A DNA stretch of 64,000 nucleotides from Spirochaetota bacterium. Its GTDB lineage: Bacteria; Spirochaetota; UBA4802; UBA5550. The stretch spans positions 864,001-928,000 of the forward strand of contig CAXXHB010000003.1 in assembly GCA_963664815.2 (NCBI GenBank), read 5' to 3'. Numbering within the stretch: the first letter of the stretch is position 1; every line of letters begins with the position of its first letter. Under the pieces are notes generated by a model. That model worked only from the letters and a program-made list of their open reading frames with translations. It was not told where the DNA came from and did not search any database. The position numbers and the translations under genes are program-made. This document shows positions 29,631-38,951 of this stretch, piece by piece.

Positions 29631-30431
29631 TATATAGGTAACGGGAATACTTCGGGGAGTGTCCCCGTTGACAGCGTTTCATATACTGAGGGGGTTGATA
29701 CGGTAACTATATCGGCAAACACTGGAAGTCTTGCCGGTGAAATTATAACCGGTTCCGTGGCGACAAACAACCAGATATGCCAGCGATTTACCGGGTGGAA
29801 TACATCGCCTGACGGCAACGGTACATCATATTCAGCCGGATCAACTTTGACTATGGGTAAGGCAAATATGATATTGTACGCAGTTTATACAACAGATACA
29901 GCTGTAATAGGTAAAGTCGGCCCGGGGGGCGGATGGGTATTTTATGATGCAGGTTCAACTCAAACTGATGCCTATGGGAGCTGGCGGTATATGGAGTGTG
30001 CTGTTTCAAATGTTGCTGGATTTGGTTCTGTGGCCTATCCACCTTTTGAGTGGAGCACTATAGCGAATGCTTATGCAAATGGATCTACACCATTACCTGC
30101 TACATTAGGAACAGGGCGGGCGAATACATATACGATAGTTGCGCAAAACAGCTCTGCGGACAGTGCAGCGAAATTGTGTCAGGATTACCGGGGTGGGGGG
30201 CTCAGTGACTGGTTTCTGCCATCGCTTGATGAATTTAATGCTATCGCTGCAGCAACATCGACATCAGGACTTGGAAGCCTCTCCTGGGATCACTGGACTT
30301 CTAGTGAAATTTCCGAGACTGTTGCCTATGTAGTATGGGTGTCTTTTGATACAGATCATAAAACTTATTCAACAAAATTTGATTATATTAAAAGCAGTTT
30401 AAGGGGTGTGCGCCCTGTAAGGGCATTCTGA
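27975..30431 (+). CDS. Paralogous surface lipoprotein: same stalk with a DUF1566/Lcl-type (CLec-like) C-terminal domain
   Basis: Near-identical to the preceding gene over about 1.6 kb; tip IGKVGPGGGWVFYD...DWFLPSLDE...HWTSSE...VRPVRAF. Confidence 0.9.
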   Translation: MNKLKKTVLMVMLLAVFGCGNSFYEAQDYLTGPVSGVGLKKSTTIASGGTEQLSAVVVPSKTSNKGVTWTSSDSSIVSVDANGLVSAVVVVAHGQTKQAVITVTTSEGGYSTQCTVTVVEKPVAVTGVTLNRSSAYLYYQSGSIYSTDQLAATITPSAATNQAITWSSDDPTIASVNNGLVTPNRTGSTVIRVTTADGGYSASCTYTVTASPVLVTGISLNKSALTLAAGYSETLFASIVPTTATNQTLTWTSSTSAATVDALGNVTGVSAGSSTIRATTTDGSAKYAEATVTVVSTPVSVTGVTVSPKTATVAMGSQQTLTATITPSGATNQNLEWNSNNSGIVSVSSSGIITGIAAGNAKVTVTTIDGSYTATSYITVSSEPAYAVTYYPNNPATGTTSGSVPADANGYMSGATVTVRNNGTIVNTLNTFTGWNTQAGGGGTTYSPGSTFTMGSADVSLYAQWTTAATYTVTYDGNFNTGGSVPADGNTYTSGTAVTVLGNVNSLVRTGFVFGGWYMSSGTILTAGSGTFTMPAYNVTLMAYWIPVHTVTYIGNGNTSGSVPVDSVSYTEGVDTVTISANTGSLAGEIITGSVATNNQICQRFTGWNTSPDGNGTSYSAGSTLTMGKANMILYAVYTTDTAVIGKVGPGGGWVFYDAGSTQTDAYGSWRYMECAVSNVAGFGSVAYPPFEWSTIANAYANGSTPLPATLGTGRANTYTIVAQNSSADSAAKLCQDYRGGGLSDWFLPSLDEFNAIAAATSTSGLGSLSWDHWTSSEISETVAYVVWVSFDTDHKTYSTKFDYIKSSLRGVRPVRAF

Positions 30432-30531
30432 TATGTAATGGACCGATAGATTGCAGGGAAACAGGTTCCGGTGTTAAATACTTGTATTTAAAATTAATAC
30501 AACCCCGGATATTTCAGTTGCCGGCCGGAAA

Positions 30532-31194
30532 TTATATCTTTTCATTATTTATATTACATATTGTAAAGAATTCATATGTGTCTTTGTTATTATATGGATC
30601 CATTATTACAAGAGTGGTTTTTATTCCGGCCGGGAGTCTCTTTTTTTCTCTTGTATCCCATGTGTTAACCCAATCGCTTTCATATTTAAAATCAAACCTG
30701 ATTGATTCAACATTTTTTAAAATTATTTCTTCAGCCCCTGCATCAGCAGGGGAAAGAGGACCACTGCGATAATGAATTTCACTTCTTCTGATTAAATTAT
30801 TTTTACCGCTTTTACTGTCCATTTTAAGATAATAACCCACTGCATGAATATCTGAGGATGGAAAACTCTCTTTTATTGAAAAAATGAATTTATTGCTTTT
30901 ATATTCAACAGTAATAAATTCGAGTCTGCTGGAGTTACCTTCAATTGTAGAGATAAAATTTAAATATTTTGAATCAGCCTGCCAGAATGTATTTTGCAGA
31001 TCTGAATCTATTTTTCGTAGTACCAGGTTTACCTCTTCATAGTATTGAGATGCAACCTTTCCCTGATTGACGCTTCTTATAATGGATGAATATGCTGTGT
31101 AGACCATTACAAGTATAATCGAAGAAACGGCTGTAGCAACAAGCATTTCAATAAGCGTAAAGCCATCATTTTTATATATGAAATTCATTCTCAT
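30532..31194 (-). CDS. Prepilin-type protein, GspJ/PulJ-like
   Basis: GFTLIEMLVA N-methylation motif; WVNTWD...LPAGIK C-terminal motif. Confidence 0.85.
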   Translation of the reverse strand: MRMNFIYKNDGFTLIEMLVATAVSSIILVMVYTAYSSIIRSVNQGKVASQYYEEVNLVLRKIDSDLQNTFWQADSKYLNFISTIEGNSSRLEFITVEYKSNKFIFSIKESFPSSDIHAVGYYLKMDSKSGKNNLIRRSEIHYRSGPLSPADAGAEEIILKNVESIRFDFKYESDWVNTWDTREKKRLPAGIKTTLVIMDPYNNKDTYEFFTICNINNEKI

Positions 31195-31432
31195 AATGCC
31201 GTTATTGTGATCTTACCCCTTTATTTCAATACTACATCGAATTTAAAAATTTGAAGATTGAGAGATGTATTCAATACAAATGGTATTGTTTTAAATTTTT
31301 GAATACTATTAATTCTCGTTTTTATAAATGGAATCTATCTTTTAAAAATCTTTTTAATCTTATTTTTAATAGCATCCTCTTTAGAGTTTATCTGTTTATC
31401 TATTTTATCTCATAAAAACCGTTAATCTGAGA

Positions 31433-31960
31433 TTATTTTAAAATCTCGTAATCGGAACAAAAATCCTTTCGCCTGCATTTTTTGCATTGTAATCCCATCC
31501 AGATATTATCGAACTGATTCATAACCTGTTTCACTAATTCTGTATCTTCAGAGATAATTCCGGATTCAAAATTTCTTCTTGTTGAGCTTTTTGCCCCCAT
31601 GCCTGCTCCGGTAAGATTTGCACTTCCGGTATAGATAAAGGTTCCATCAATAATGACTGATTTGAAATGAACACGGGGGCAAAGAATTCGTTCTAATCCG
31701 CTTATAATATTCGGGTAGCGGTCGAAATCTTTACGGAAATTTGGCCCAGGTTCTTTTGCGTGAATAAGCCTTACAAAAATGTTTTTATCTATAAGATCAG
31801 ATAAAATTTCAAGAAATGGAACCATTAATCTTCCCTTTTTTACATGGAGATCCTTAATGTCAGATGTGGCTATCCATAAAAATTTCTTTGCGGATGGAAT
31901 TTTTTCAAGAATAACTCTGGTATAAATTTCTTCATCTGTAATAAATTCTGTTTTTTCCAT
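31433..31960 (-). CDS. Phospholipase D superfamily protein (single HKD) with Cys-rich tail
   Basis: VHFKSVIIDG, YTGSANLT, NFESGI; CKKCRRKDFC; ATG 31960 preferred. Confidence 0.88.
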   Translation of the reverse strand: MEKTEFITDEEIYTRVILEKIPSAKKFLWIATSDIKDLHVKKGRLMVPFLEILSDLIDKNIFVRLIHAKEPGPNFRKDFDRYPNIISGLERILCPRVHFKSVIIDGTFIYTGSANLTGAGMGAKSSTRRNFESGIISEDTELVKQVMNQFDNIWMGLQCKKCRRKDFCSDYEILK

Positions 31961-32068
31961 CTGTACAATTTTTAAGGATAATCTCAATATGCAACATCTT
32001 TTCAATCGTAAAATGCGATAATTGTGTAAATATCCGTAGTAGTGTACATCTTTTATGCAGGGATGTCG

Positions 32069-32123
32069 AAGGGTGTACGGAGGATATACGGAGGGTATAT
32101 TGAGGGTATATTGAGGATATATT
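32069..32123. repeat. Five degenerate 11-bp tandem repeats
   Basis: AAGGGTGTACG GAGGATATACG GAGGGTATATT GAGGGTATATT GAGGATATATT. Confidence 0.75.
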
Positions 32124-32138
32124 GAAATATGGTAATTA

Positions 32139-32642
32139 TTAATGTGGTGGCCCCCCCGGCCCGGATTTTCCCCCCTGTTCACGTCTGCCGCCACCCATAC
32201 CACCGCCGGCAGGCTTTTTCATCGAATCGCCATCGGTACATTCCCATAGAGGATCGCCGTTGTAATTTCTCAGGTAGATATTAATTTCATCTTTTTTAAT
32301 CAGCTTTGCAAGAACTATCTTCGTATTATTTTTTTTTACTACTGAACCTGTTACGGCAATTTGATCCCCGCACTTCAGGAGATTACAGTTTTTTGAAAAC
32401 CAGCTGGGCCCTGCAAATATCAGAAGCTTACTGTTTTTTGTTTCTTTTATTGATATATAAAGGAAGGGTGAAATGCCGCTTCCGTCTTTTTCATCTTTTT
32501 CTGTAATTTCTATAATTGTGCCGGTTGCTGTTAACGGTTTTCCCTTTCTGTAAATATCTCCATCTCCAATATTTTTATGGGGCGGCAGATCCATCGGATA
32601 AGCACCCACGAAAGCCATTATGCAGACAGCGACTATTCCCAT
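32139..32642 (-). CDS. Exported OB-fold-like protein (MamS/MamX-like domain) with Gly-rich tail
   Basis: TGTIIEI...GPSWF...GDQIAVTGS...LRNYNGDPLW. Confidence 0.6.
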   Translation of the reverse strand: MGIVAVCIMAFVGAYPMDLPPHKNIGDGDIYRKGKPLTATGTIIEITEKDEKDGSGISPFLYISIKETKNSKLLIFAGPSWFSKNCNLLKCGDQIAVTGSVVKKNNTKIVLAKLIKKDEINIYLRNYNGDPLWECTDGDSMKKPAGGGMGGGRREQGGKSGPGGPPH

Positions 32643-32899
32643 TTGGTAAACCTGTTAATTTAAAATTCAGATAGATTATTATGATGAGTGTAACTGATCT
32701 ATAATATATAATTAGACCTTATTTTAAAAACGAAAGTTCCATCGCGGGAAAATTATAATCAGACAGTACTGGTGAGGCCTTCAAATCTGGTGTGATAAAT
32801 GATAAAGAAGCTTTACCATCAAGAATATGCTGCGAAGCCGGATGAAGGGTATTTTTTAATATATCGTGAGCAAAAATAACGGCATTGAATTGGCTGCAG

Positions 32900-33226
32900 T
32901 TAAACAACCTCTGCGGTTATAGTATTCTTTTCATAACCAACCTGTACTTTGATACATGAATTACCTGACACCATGGATTCGGCACACGCTGTCTTTATTG
33001 CATCACATAGTTCAGTTATCTGCCGGCTGTCAAGCAATTGATTATATGAAGATATCATAATATCCTCTGCTGATGGTTCCGGCAGATTGGTTACCTTTAC
33101 TATATATGTTTTATAATAGCATGACCCTTCATATTTCCAGAAGGCTTCCCTGTTTTCAGCTACCCAGTCCCTGATTATTTTCAATAGTTTGCTCTTTTTT
33201 AAATACTCCTGTCCGGCATTTTTCAT
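32900..33226 (-). CDS. Hypothetical protein
   Basis: 108-aa ORF with GGAGG RBS. Confidence 0.65.
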   Translation of the reverse strand: MKNAGQEYLKKSKLLKIIRDWVAENREAFWKYEGSCYYKTYIVKVTNLPEPSAEDIMISSYNQLLDSRQITELCDAIKTACAESMVSGNSCIKVQVGYEKNTITAEVV

Positions 33227-33532
33227 TCTTTACCTCCGGTATTACCCGCATGTTTTCCATACAGTATAGTTGTTGTAAATACAACAGGTGTAATTACAAC
33301 AATTCTTGAAGGGAGTAGAATTTTGTCAATAAAATAGTAAAAATAATTTTGCTTAAAATACGGAAAGGATAATGCCTGTCAGAATTGCAATATAGTGAAA
33401 ACAGTATTGTTTAGTTGCGTAACTGCAGATATAAAATAAAAGTTAAGATTTAACAGGAATGGTAAAATGCAAATAAATGATAAACAGAGTTTCATCGCCT
33501 CCACGTTTTTTAGTTTCCTTATGCTGATTGTA

Positions 33533-33600
33533 TTAACCGGAGGTAACCGGAAGAAAAAATATTAACAGTCATCTGATTACTTCCGGTTAATCCCGGTTAA
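33533..33600. terminator. Long inverted repeat downstream of the CoA-transferase gene
   Basis: TTAACCGG..AACCGGAAG ... CTTCCGGTT..CCGGTTAA. Confidence 0.55.
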
Positions 33601-33622
33601 TTAGATATTCATTAGAATATCA

Positions 33623-35002
33623 TTACGCGATTTTATTTGTTCTTCTCCAGATCTTTTGTTCCTCTGCAGCCTTGATCAGGTCATCCCGGAAGTCAGTGTC
33701 AGCAATTGATATAAGTTTTTCGGTGCGAGACCATGTTGAATCTCCTTTCAGAGATACCCATCCGTTCTCGGTGACAATTATATTCACCATCTGACGTGTT
33801 ACAGTTGTAACTGTTCCATGGGCAAAGTAAGGGACTATTCGTGATTTTTTATTGCCGTCTTTACCTGTGAAGGTTGAGGGAAGGCATATTATACTCCGTC
33901 CTCCGTCTGACCAGAAAGAACCGCTTACATAATCAGACATACCGCCGTTTCCTGAAATCTGCTTGAAGCCTGAGCTTTCCGCGCTGATCTGGCTGTATAA
34001 GTCCACCTCAAGGGCCTGGTTGATTGAAACAAGGTTATCTATCTGTGCCAGAACACGCGGCGAGTTTGCATACTCCACATTATATGAGGACAGAGCCGGA
34101 TTGTTATGCATAAAATCATATAATTTTTTGGTGCCGAGTGCGAAGGTGTATACAATTTTACCGCGGTCAATATTCTTTTTGCTTCCATTCATTTTTCCTG
34201 ATAGCCACATGTTCATATATGAATCAGAAATCATTTCCGTGTGACCACCCAGATCTTTGAGATCAGTATCATTAATCATCTCGCCAAGTGCATTGGGCAT
34301 CGCTCCGATTCCAAGCTGGATGCAGCATCCGTCATGAAGGTGGTCTATAACGTGAGATGCAATTTTTCTGTCAATATCTGTCGGTATTGAAGCAGGAAGT
34401 TCTGCCATGTCAGGCGCGTCTCCCTCGACAATATGGGTAACCTGTGATATGTGAATCGACTCCCTCGCTCCCCCCAGGCATACAGGCATCTTGGGATTGA
34501 CTTCAACTATAACAATTTTTGATCTCGATGCCTGTATATGGCTGATAGCATTGTTCATCCCTACATTAAAATATCCATATTCATCCATCGGTGCGGTCTG
34601 TACAATAAACACTTCTCTATATCTGGTTCCGATCTTCCGCGGATTATCAGCTTTAATTTCAAAATAAGATTCGCACTCCCCAAATAGTATAGGATTATAA
34701 AACACATTCGGCCTCTTTTCCTGCATGATTCTGGAAACAGGACTAAAATGCCAGTCACAATAAGTAAACACCTCTCCATTGGGATCCTTCAGAACGACCT
34801 CCGGGACTGGAGGCAGTGTTACTGCCGAGATAATAATGATATCACGAAGCTCATCCTTTCTTGCCGCAAGCGCCCTGTCACATGCTACAGGTTTGCCATT
34901 GAAAAATCCATAATCAACCCAATCACCGTTTTTAATCTCTTTAACGGCTTCTTCCGCAGTAGTCAGTTTTTCACGATAGATGCTCATGAACGCGTTATTC
35001 AT
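33623..35002 (-). CDS. Acetyl-CoA hydrolase/transferase family (butyryl-/4-hydroxybutyryl-CoA transferase-like)
   Basis: YREKLTTAEEAV, IQLGIGAMPN, GGHTEM, ISGNGG, IIVTENG. Confidence 0.93.
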   Translation of the reverse strand: MNNAFMSIYREKLTTAEEAVKEIKNGDWVDYGFFNGKPVACDRALAARKDELRDIIIISAVTLPPVPEVVLKDPNGEVFTYCDWHFSPVSRIMQEKRPNVFYNPILFGECESYFEIKADNPRKIGTRYREVFIVQTAPMDEYGYFNVGMNNAISHIQASRSKIVIVEVNPKMPVCLGGARESIHISQVTHIVEGDAPDMAELPASIPTDIDRKIASHVIDHLHDGCCIQLGIGAMPNALGEMINDTDLKDLGGHTEMISDSYMNMWLSGKMNGSKKNIDRGKIVYTFALGTKKLYDFMHNNPALSSYNVEYANSPRVLAQIDNLVSINQALEVDLYSQISAESSGFKQISGNGGMSDYVSGSFWSDGGRSIICLPSTFTGKDGNKKSRIVPYFAHGTVTTVTRQMVNIIVTENGWVSLKGDSTWSRTEKLISIADTDFRDDLIKAAEEQKIWRRTNKIA

Positions 35003-35321
35003 TAAAAAGCTCTCCTGATCATATATAAATTTTTAAATACATTTTGCATTAAAAAGTTTATTGTTTTTATAATATTCTATAAACAAGGTTCGAGTGAAAT
35101 ATGTTGCAAAATTATTTTAAAAAATTGGATGCATTGAGTTTGCTCATCCTGACGGAAATCAGGAATATAAAATATGTCAGTCTGAAAGGAATGTTCCTTT
35201 CGGTTTTGCCGGCAGAAATATAGTATTATATTTATTATTTATACTAAACAAAAAAATAGTTAAACATATATTAAGTATATCCGATATATTAATATGTAAA
35301 TTAAATAAATCATAATAATAT

Positions 35322-35705
35322 ATGGAGGAACTGATGAAGATATATCAGATGCACAAAAACAGAGACCACAGAGCAGAACGACAAATTATCCCCTCGGCAG
35401 TATCAAGACTGAAAACAGCGGCAGGGGGTGAGGATATTGTTATACTCACAGATGAAGCTCTAAACAGCTTCAAAAGGGAGAATTCTGCTAAAAACCGGGA
35501 GCAGGAGCTTGTAAAACTGGCACTTCAGCACATCAATGATCACAATCCGGAACTTGAAAATCCTGAAGATGATTCTGAATTCATGATGGCCGAAAAACTT
35601 GTTCTTCTTGCTGAACTGGTTATCCGCGTAGCATTGCCCGGAAAAGTGAACAACGTCTATGGACGCATAACTGATTTCGTCGTTGAACAGCTGACAAAGC
35701 AGTAA
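35322..35705 (+). CDS. Hypothetical protein
   Basis: 127-aa ORF; GGAGG precedes a likely start at the internal Met. Confidence 0.55.
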   Translation: MEELMKIYQMHKNRDHRAERQIIPSAVSRLKTAAGGEDIVILTDEALNSFKRENSAKNREQELVKLALQHINDHNPELENPEDDSEFMMAEKLVLLAELVIRVALPGKVNNVYGRITDFVVEQLTKQ

Positions 35706-35797
35706 TAATATAAATGATAAATATTGTATCAATATATTCCGAAATTATTCAATGAATGGTACGTATTGCATTAGTAATCATATGGAGCGGATCAATT

Positions 35798-37057
35798 ATG
35801 ACAGAATTTAATATAAAACCGGGAAGCCTGGAGGGTGTGACTGTTATCGATTTTACCTGGGTGCTTGCAGGTCCTCATGCGACAAAACTTCTGGCAGATA
35901 TGGGGGCAACGGTAATCAAGATAGAGCCTTACGAAACAGGGGCCAACGAACGTCACCTTGCCCTGCAGAAAAGCCATGATGGAGTTAACCAGAGCTCCTA
36001 TTCCATAAACGTGAACCGCGGTAAAAAGAGTGTCTGTGTCAATCTGAAAACCCCTCAGGGGATGGAGCTGGTTGGAAAATTAATCCGGAAGGGGGATATA
36101 CTGGTGGAAAACTACGCACCAGGTGTCATGGATCGCCTGGGTCTGGATTATGAGTCAGTTAAAAAGATCAGAGAGAATATTATTTATTGTTCAATATCAT
36201 GCTTTGGTCACTGGGGTCCATACAGTCACAAACCGGGATACGATATGATTGCACAGCTGGCAAGCGGCTGGACCAACCAGAACGAAATGTTTCAGTTAGC
36301 TCCTGTATCAATTGGCGATACTGTTACCGGTATTCATGCAGCCCTGGCTGTCGTATCGGCTCTGCATGCAAGAGATAAGAATGGTATCGGGCAGAATATT
36401 GATATATCCATGATGGACTGTCTCTTCTCCCTTCATGAAAATACTGTTCCATGGTATACCATGGGGCAGGCAGTGGGAGAACCCGTTGATCCGCCGAAGA
36501 TAGGGCGTCTTCATGGAGGTTATGCCCCTTATGGTATATACCAGGGAAAGGACGGGGTGATAGGAATTGCTGTGTTGTCCGAAAACCGCTGGGTACCGCT
36601 GGTAAAACTGATGGGGGAGAAATATGTGTGGCTTCTCAGTGATCCCAGGTTTAAGGATACCGGTATGCGGTGTAAAAACGCGGCAGCAGTTCATCAGGTT
36701 ATGGATGAGTGGATAATGTCTTTTGATTCGGTTAAGGATGCGGAGAGACTGCTTGACCGGGAGGGAGTGCCCTGTATGAGAGCGCTCTCTATCGAGGAAC
36801 TGGTTGATTCTGATCCTCAGATTCTCGCCCGTGATATGATGCCTGTGGTGGAACAGCCTTTTATCGGTCCGATGAAGATGTTCGGAAGCCCGATAAAGAT
36901 GTCGGAAACGCCCTCGTGTATACGGGGATATGGCCCGTTGCTGGGTGAACATAACAACATTGTGCTGGCTGAAGTTCTGGGTTACAGCCAGGAACAGGTG
37001 AAGGAGTTATATGATAATAAGGTTATATATCATGAGCCGGCTGTTGAAAGGTTATGA
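35798..37057 (+). CDS. Family III CoA-transferase (CaiB/BaiF)
   Basis: LEGVTVIDFTWVLAGP, ADMGATVIKIE, NRGKKS, PGYDMIAQ, PLLGEHN. Confidence 0.95.
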   Translation: MTEFNIKPGSLEGVTVIDFTWVLAGPHATKLLADMGATVIKIEPYETGANERHLALQKSHDGVNQSSYSINVNRGKKSVCVNLKTPQGMELVGKLIRKGDILVENYAPGVMDRLGLDYESVKKIRENIIYCSISCFGHWGPYSHKPGYDMIAQLASGWTNQNEMFQLAPVSIGDTVTGIHAALAVVSALHARDKNGIGQNIDISMMDCLFSLHENTVPWYTMGQAVGEPVDPPKIGRLHGGYAPYGIYQGKDGVIGIAVLSENRWVPLVKLMGEKYVWLLSDPRFKDTGMRCKNAAAVHQVMDEWIMSFDSVKDAERLLDREGVPCMRALSIEELVDSDPQILARDMMPVVEQPFIGPMKMFGSPIKMSETPSCIRGYGPLLGEHNNIVLAEVLGYSQEQVKELYDNKVIYHEPAVERL

Positions 37058-37080
37058 TAGACAGTTGTTCAACAGCCGGC
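37036..37080. terminator. Hairpin between convergent genes
   Basis: GCCGGCTGTTGAA ... TTCAACAGCCGGC. Confidence 0.65.
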
Positions 37081-37090
37081 TGTAAATGAA

Positions 37091-38701
37091 TTATTTTTTA
37101 ACGGCATATACTCCATATTTAGAACCATTCCATGTTGTATAACCGGAGCATAAATTATCGTCCCTTGTATGATACAACAGAGTAAAATCCTGCGCCTCAT
37201 TACCGAAAGCGATATTAATGATGGCTTTATATTCAGCATTTTTATTTATATAACCTTTTACAGCTGAGGTCTTTCCATCTTCTCCTGTATATGATCCCTC
37301 AATCTGCCATTTATCAGAATTGCCGGTGAAGGAATTTTTTATCAGAAGTGTTCCGTTCCAGCCGTCATGATTCATCTTCCAGGTTCCTGACCAGCTTGTT
37401 TTATTCTTGAATCCCCCGGCATTTCCCGGAATTTCATTACGGCTTAATAATACTCCATATTGATTTTTATCCAGCGTTGTAAAACCGGCAGCATGAGTAT
37501 CATCCTGAGAAAAAACATCAACATTAAAAACCTGCCCGGACATTTTTCCAGACTTGGTATACTGACTGTCTGCAATTGTAAATGTAATGCCGTGATTATC
37601 ATCAATATTATAACCGTTAACAGCTTTATAATTTCCTGATGAATCTATAAAATGCCCTAATCTGGCAGGAGAATTTTCCGGATCAGTTGCTCTCCTGATA
37701 ACAAGAGTTCCTTTGATCCCGTCATAATCCATATTGTATACACCTATGAATCTCCCTTTTGCAGTTTCAGTTGCCGGATTTCTTACTTTTGTAATATAGG
37801 TTGCGCAATCAGATGTTTTTTCGAAAACTTCATAACTTACACGAATTGTTGATTTTTCACCCCAGGAGTTTTTAACTATAAACACTCTGTTTGGCCGGTC
37901 GTATCCTACAATAAGAATTATATGTTCACCCCCCTTTGCATCTTCAGAATATTGATAAATGCCGTTTCTGTCTTTTTTCCATTTATCTTCAATTCCAATA
38001 ATAACATCATATCCCTGGGCTACTACCTGTTCAATATTTGTACTTTCTTTGGGAGATTTAACTATTTCAAAGCTTTCAACTCCGTATTTATTGGCAGCGC
38101 GTATTGCGCTATAGGGTATATAATATGGGGAATACTCAAAAGCGTCTACCTGGGACTGTGTAACATCACAGTCTTCGCCGGACTTATTCCATGAAAGGTC
38201 GCCGCAGGCGTTATTTGTTTTTGAATTGATATATTGTTTAAGTTTATTCATCTCCTTCTGACTTAAATATCCTTTGTTTAATCCTATTGTTGATTTATAG
38301 TTAATGTCTTTCTCTGTACAAATACAATATTCTTTCGCAACAGCTACGGTTTTTGCATTACCGCCGCCCCAGTATGACGATCCGTTTTCAAACTTGTATT
38401 TTGATGTAAAACCTGGTTGTGATGTATCGAGTTTTGTTGATTTTGCAAGATGGCTGAAATACTGTTCTGATAAATCAAGAGTGAGATTATAATCGCGGAT
38501 ATATCGTGCTTCTATAGCAGCCACGATAGCAAAGGCAAAACATGTTCTTCTGCCCATCTGATTCTTTATACTGGACTGCTTCCCTGACCAATCCACTACT
38601 TCAGGCGTTTCTGCTTTCAGTGGAAAAACTGTTATTGTTAAATACAAAAGAATCAGACCAGCAAAAAGATTTATTTTTTTTCCTTTAACAGAATTTTTCA
38701 T
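37091..38701 (-). CDS. Secreted papain-like (C1) cysteine peptidase with two repeated C-terminal beta domains
   Basis: IKNQMGRRTCFAFA (Gln, Cys), GGEHIILIVGYD (His), VKNSWG (Asn); repeats GVYNMDYDGIKGTL and GTWKMNHDGWNGTL. Confidence 0.88.
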   Translation of the reverse strand: MKNSVKGKKINLFAGLILLYLTITVFPLKAETPEVVDWSGKQSSIKNQMGRRTCFAFAIVAAIEARYIRDYNLTLDLSEQYFSHLAKSTKLDTSQPGFTSKYKFENGSSYWGGGNAKTVAVAKEYCICTEKDINYKSTIGLNKGYLSQKEMNKLKQYINSKTNNACGDLSWNKSGEDCDVTQSQVDAFEYSPYYIPYSAIRAANKYGVESFEIVKSPKESTNIEQVVAQGYDVIIGIEDKWKKDRNGIYQYSEDAKGGEHIILIVGYDRPNRVFIVKNSWGEKSTIRVSYEVFEKTSDCATYITKVRNPATETAKGRFIGVYNMDYDGIKGTLVIRRATDPENSPARLGHFIDSSGNYKAVNGYNIDDNHGITFTIADSQYTKSGKMSGQVFNVDVFSQDDTHAAGFTTLDKNQYGVLLSRNEIPGNAGGFKNKTSWSGTWKMNHDGWNGTLLIKNSFTGNSDKWQIEGSYTGEDGKTSAVKGYINKNAEYKAIINIAFGNEAQDFTLLYHTRDDNLCSGYTTWNGSKYGVYAVKK

Positions 38702-38951
38702 TGCTTTGTCTCCTTTACATTTTTTATTGCCACAGTGATTTTCAGTTAAAAATTTAATATTCCATACTAAAAAATCGACGAAATCGGCTGGCAGATATTT
38801 ACTATATTTAAAATTTTTTATTTAACAGTAATTCATAGTTTACTCCGTTTCAAATTAATTTATAAATCTGGAAAATATTCATTTAAGAAAAAAGAAAAAA
38901 AGTACAATAAATACCTTGAAAAATCCGGCGATATTTCGTGATTGTCTATCT

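Noticed and set aside
27975-31000. Complete DGR
   Set aside because: No reverse transcriptase, Avd or adenine-variant template repeat seen in the window
32139-32642. Magnetosome gene
   Set aside because: The MamS/MamX-like OB domain is widespread and no other mam genes are present
35130-35220. c-di-GMP-I riboswitch (GGCAAAACCGAAAGG on the minus strand)
   Set aside because: The downstream GACGCAAAG/P2 elements are missing; only short hairpins are present
35322-35705. FlgM anti-sigma factor
   Set aside because: Only a weak DIVILTDEA resemblance; the conserved C-terminal motif and flagellar context are missing
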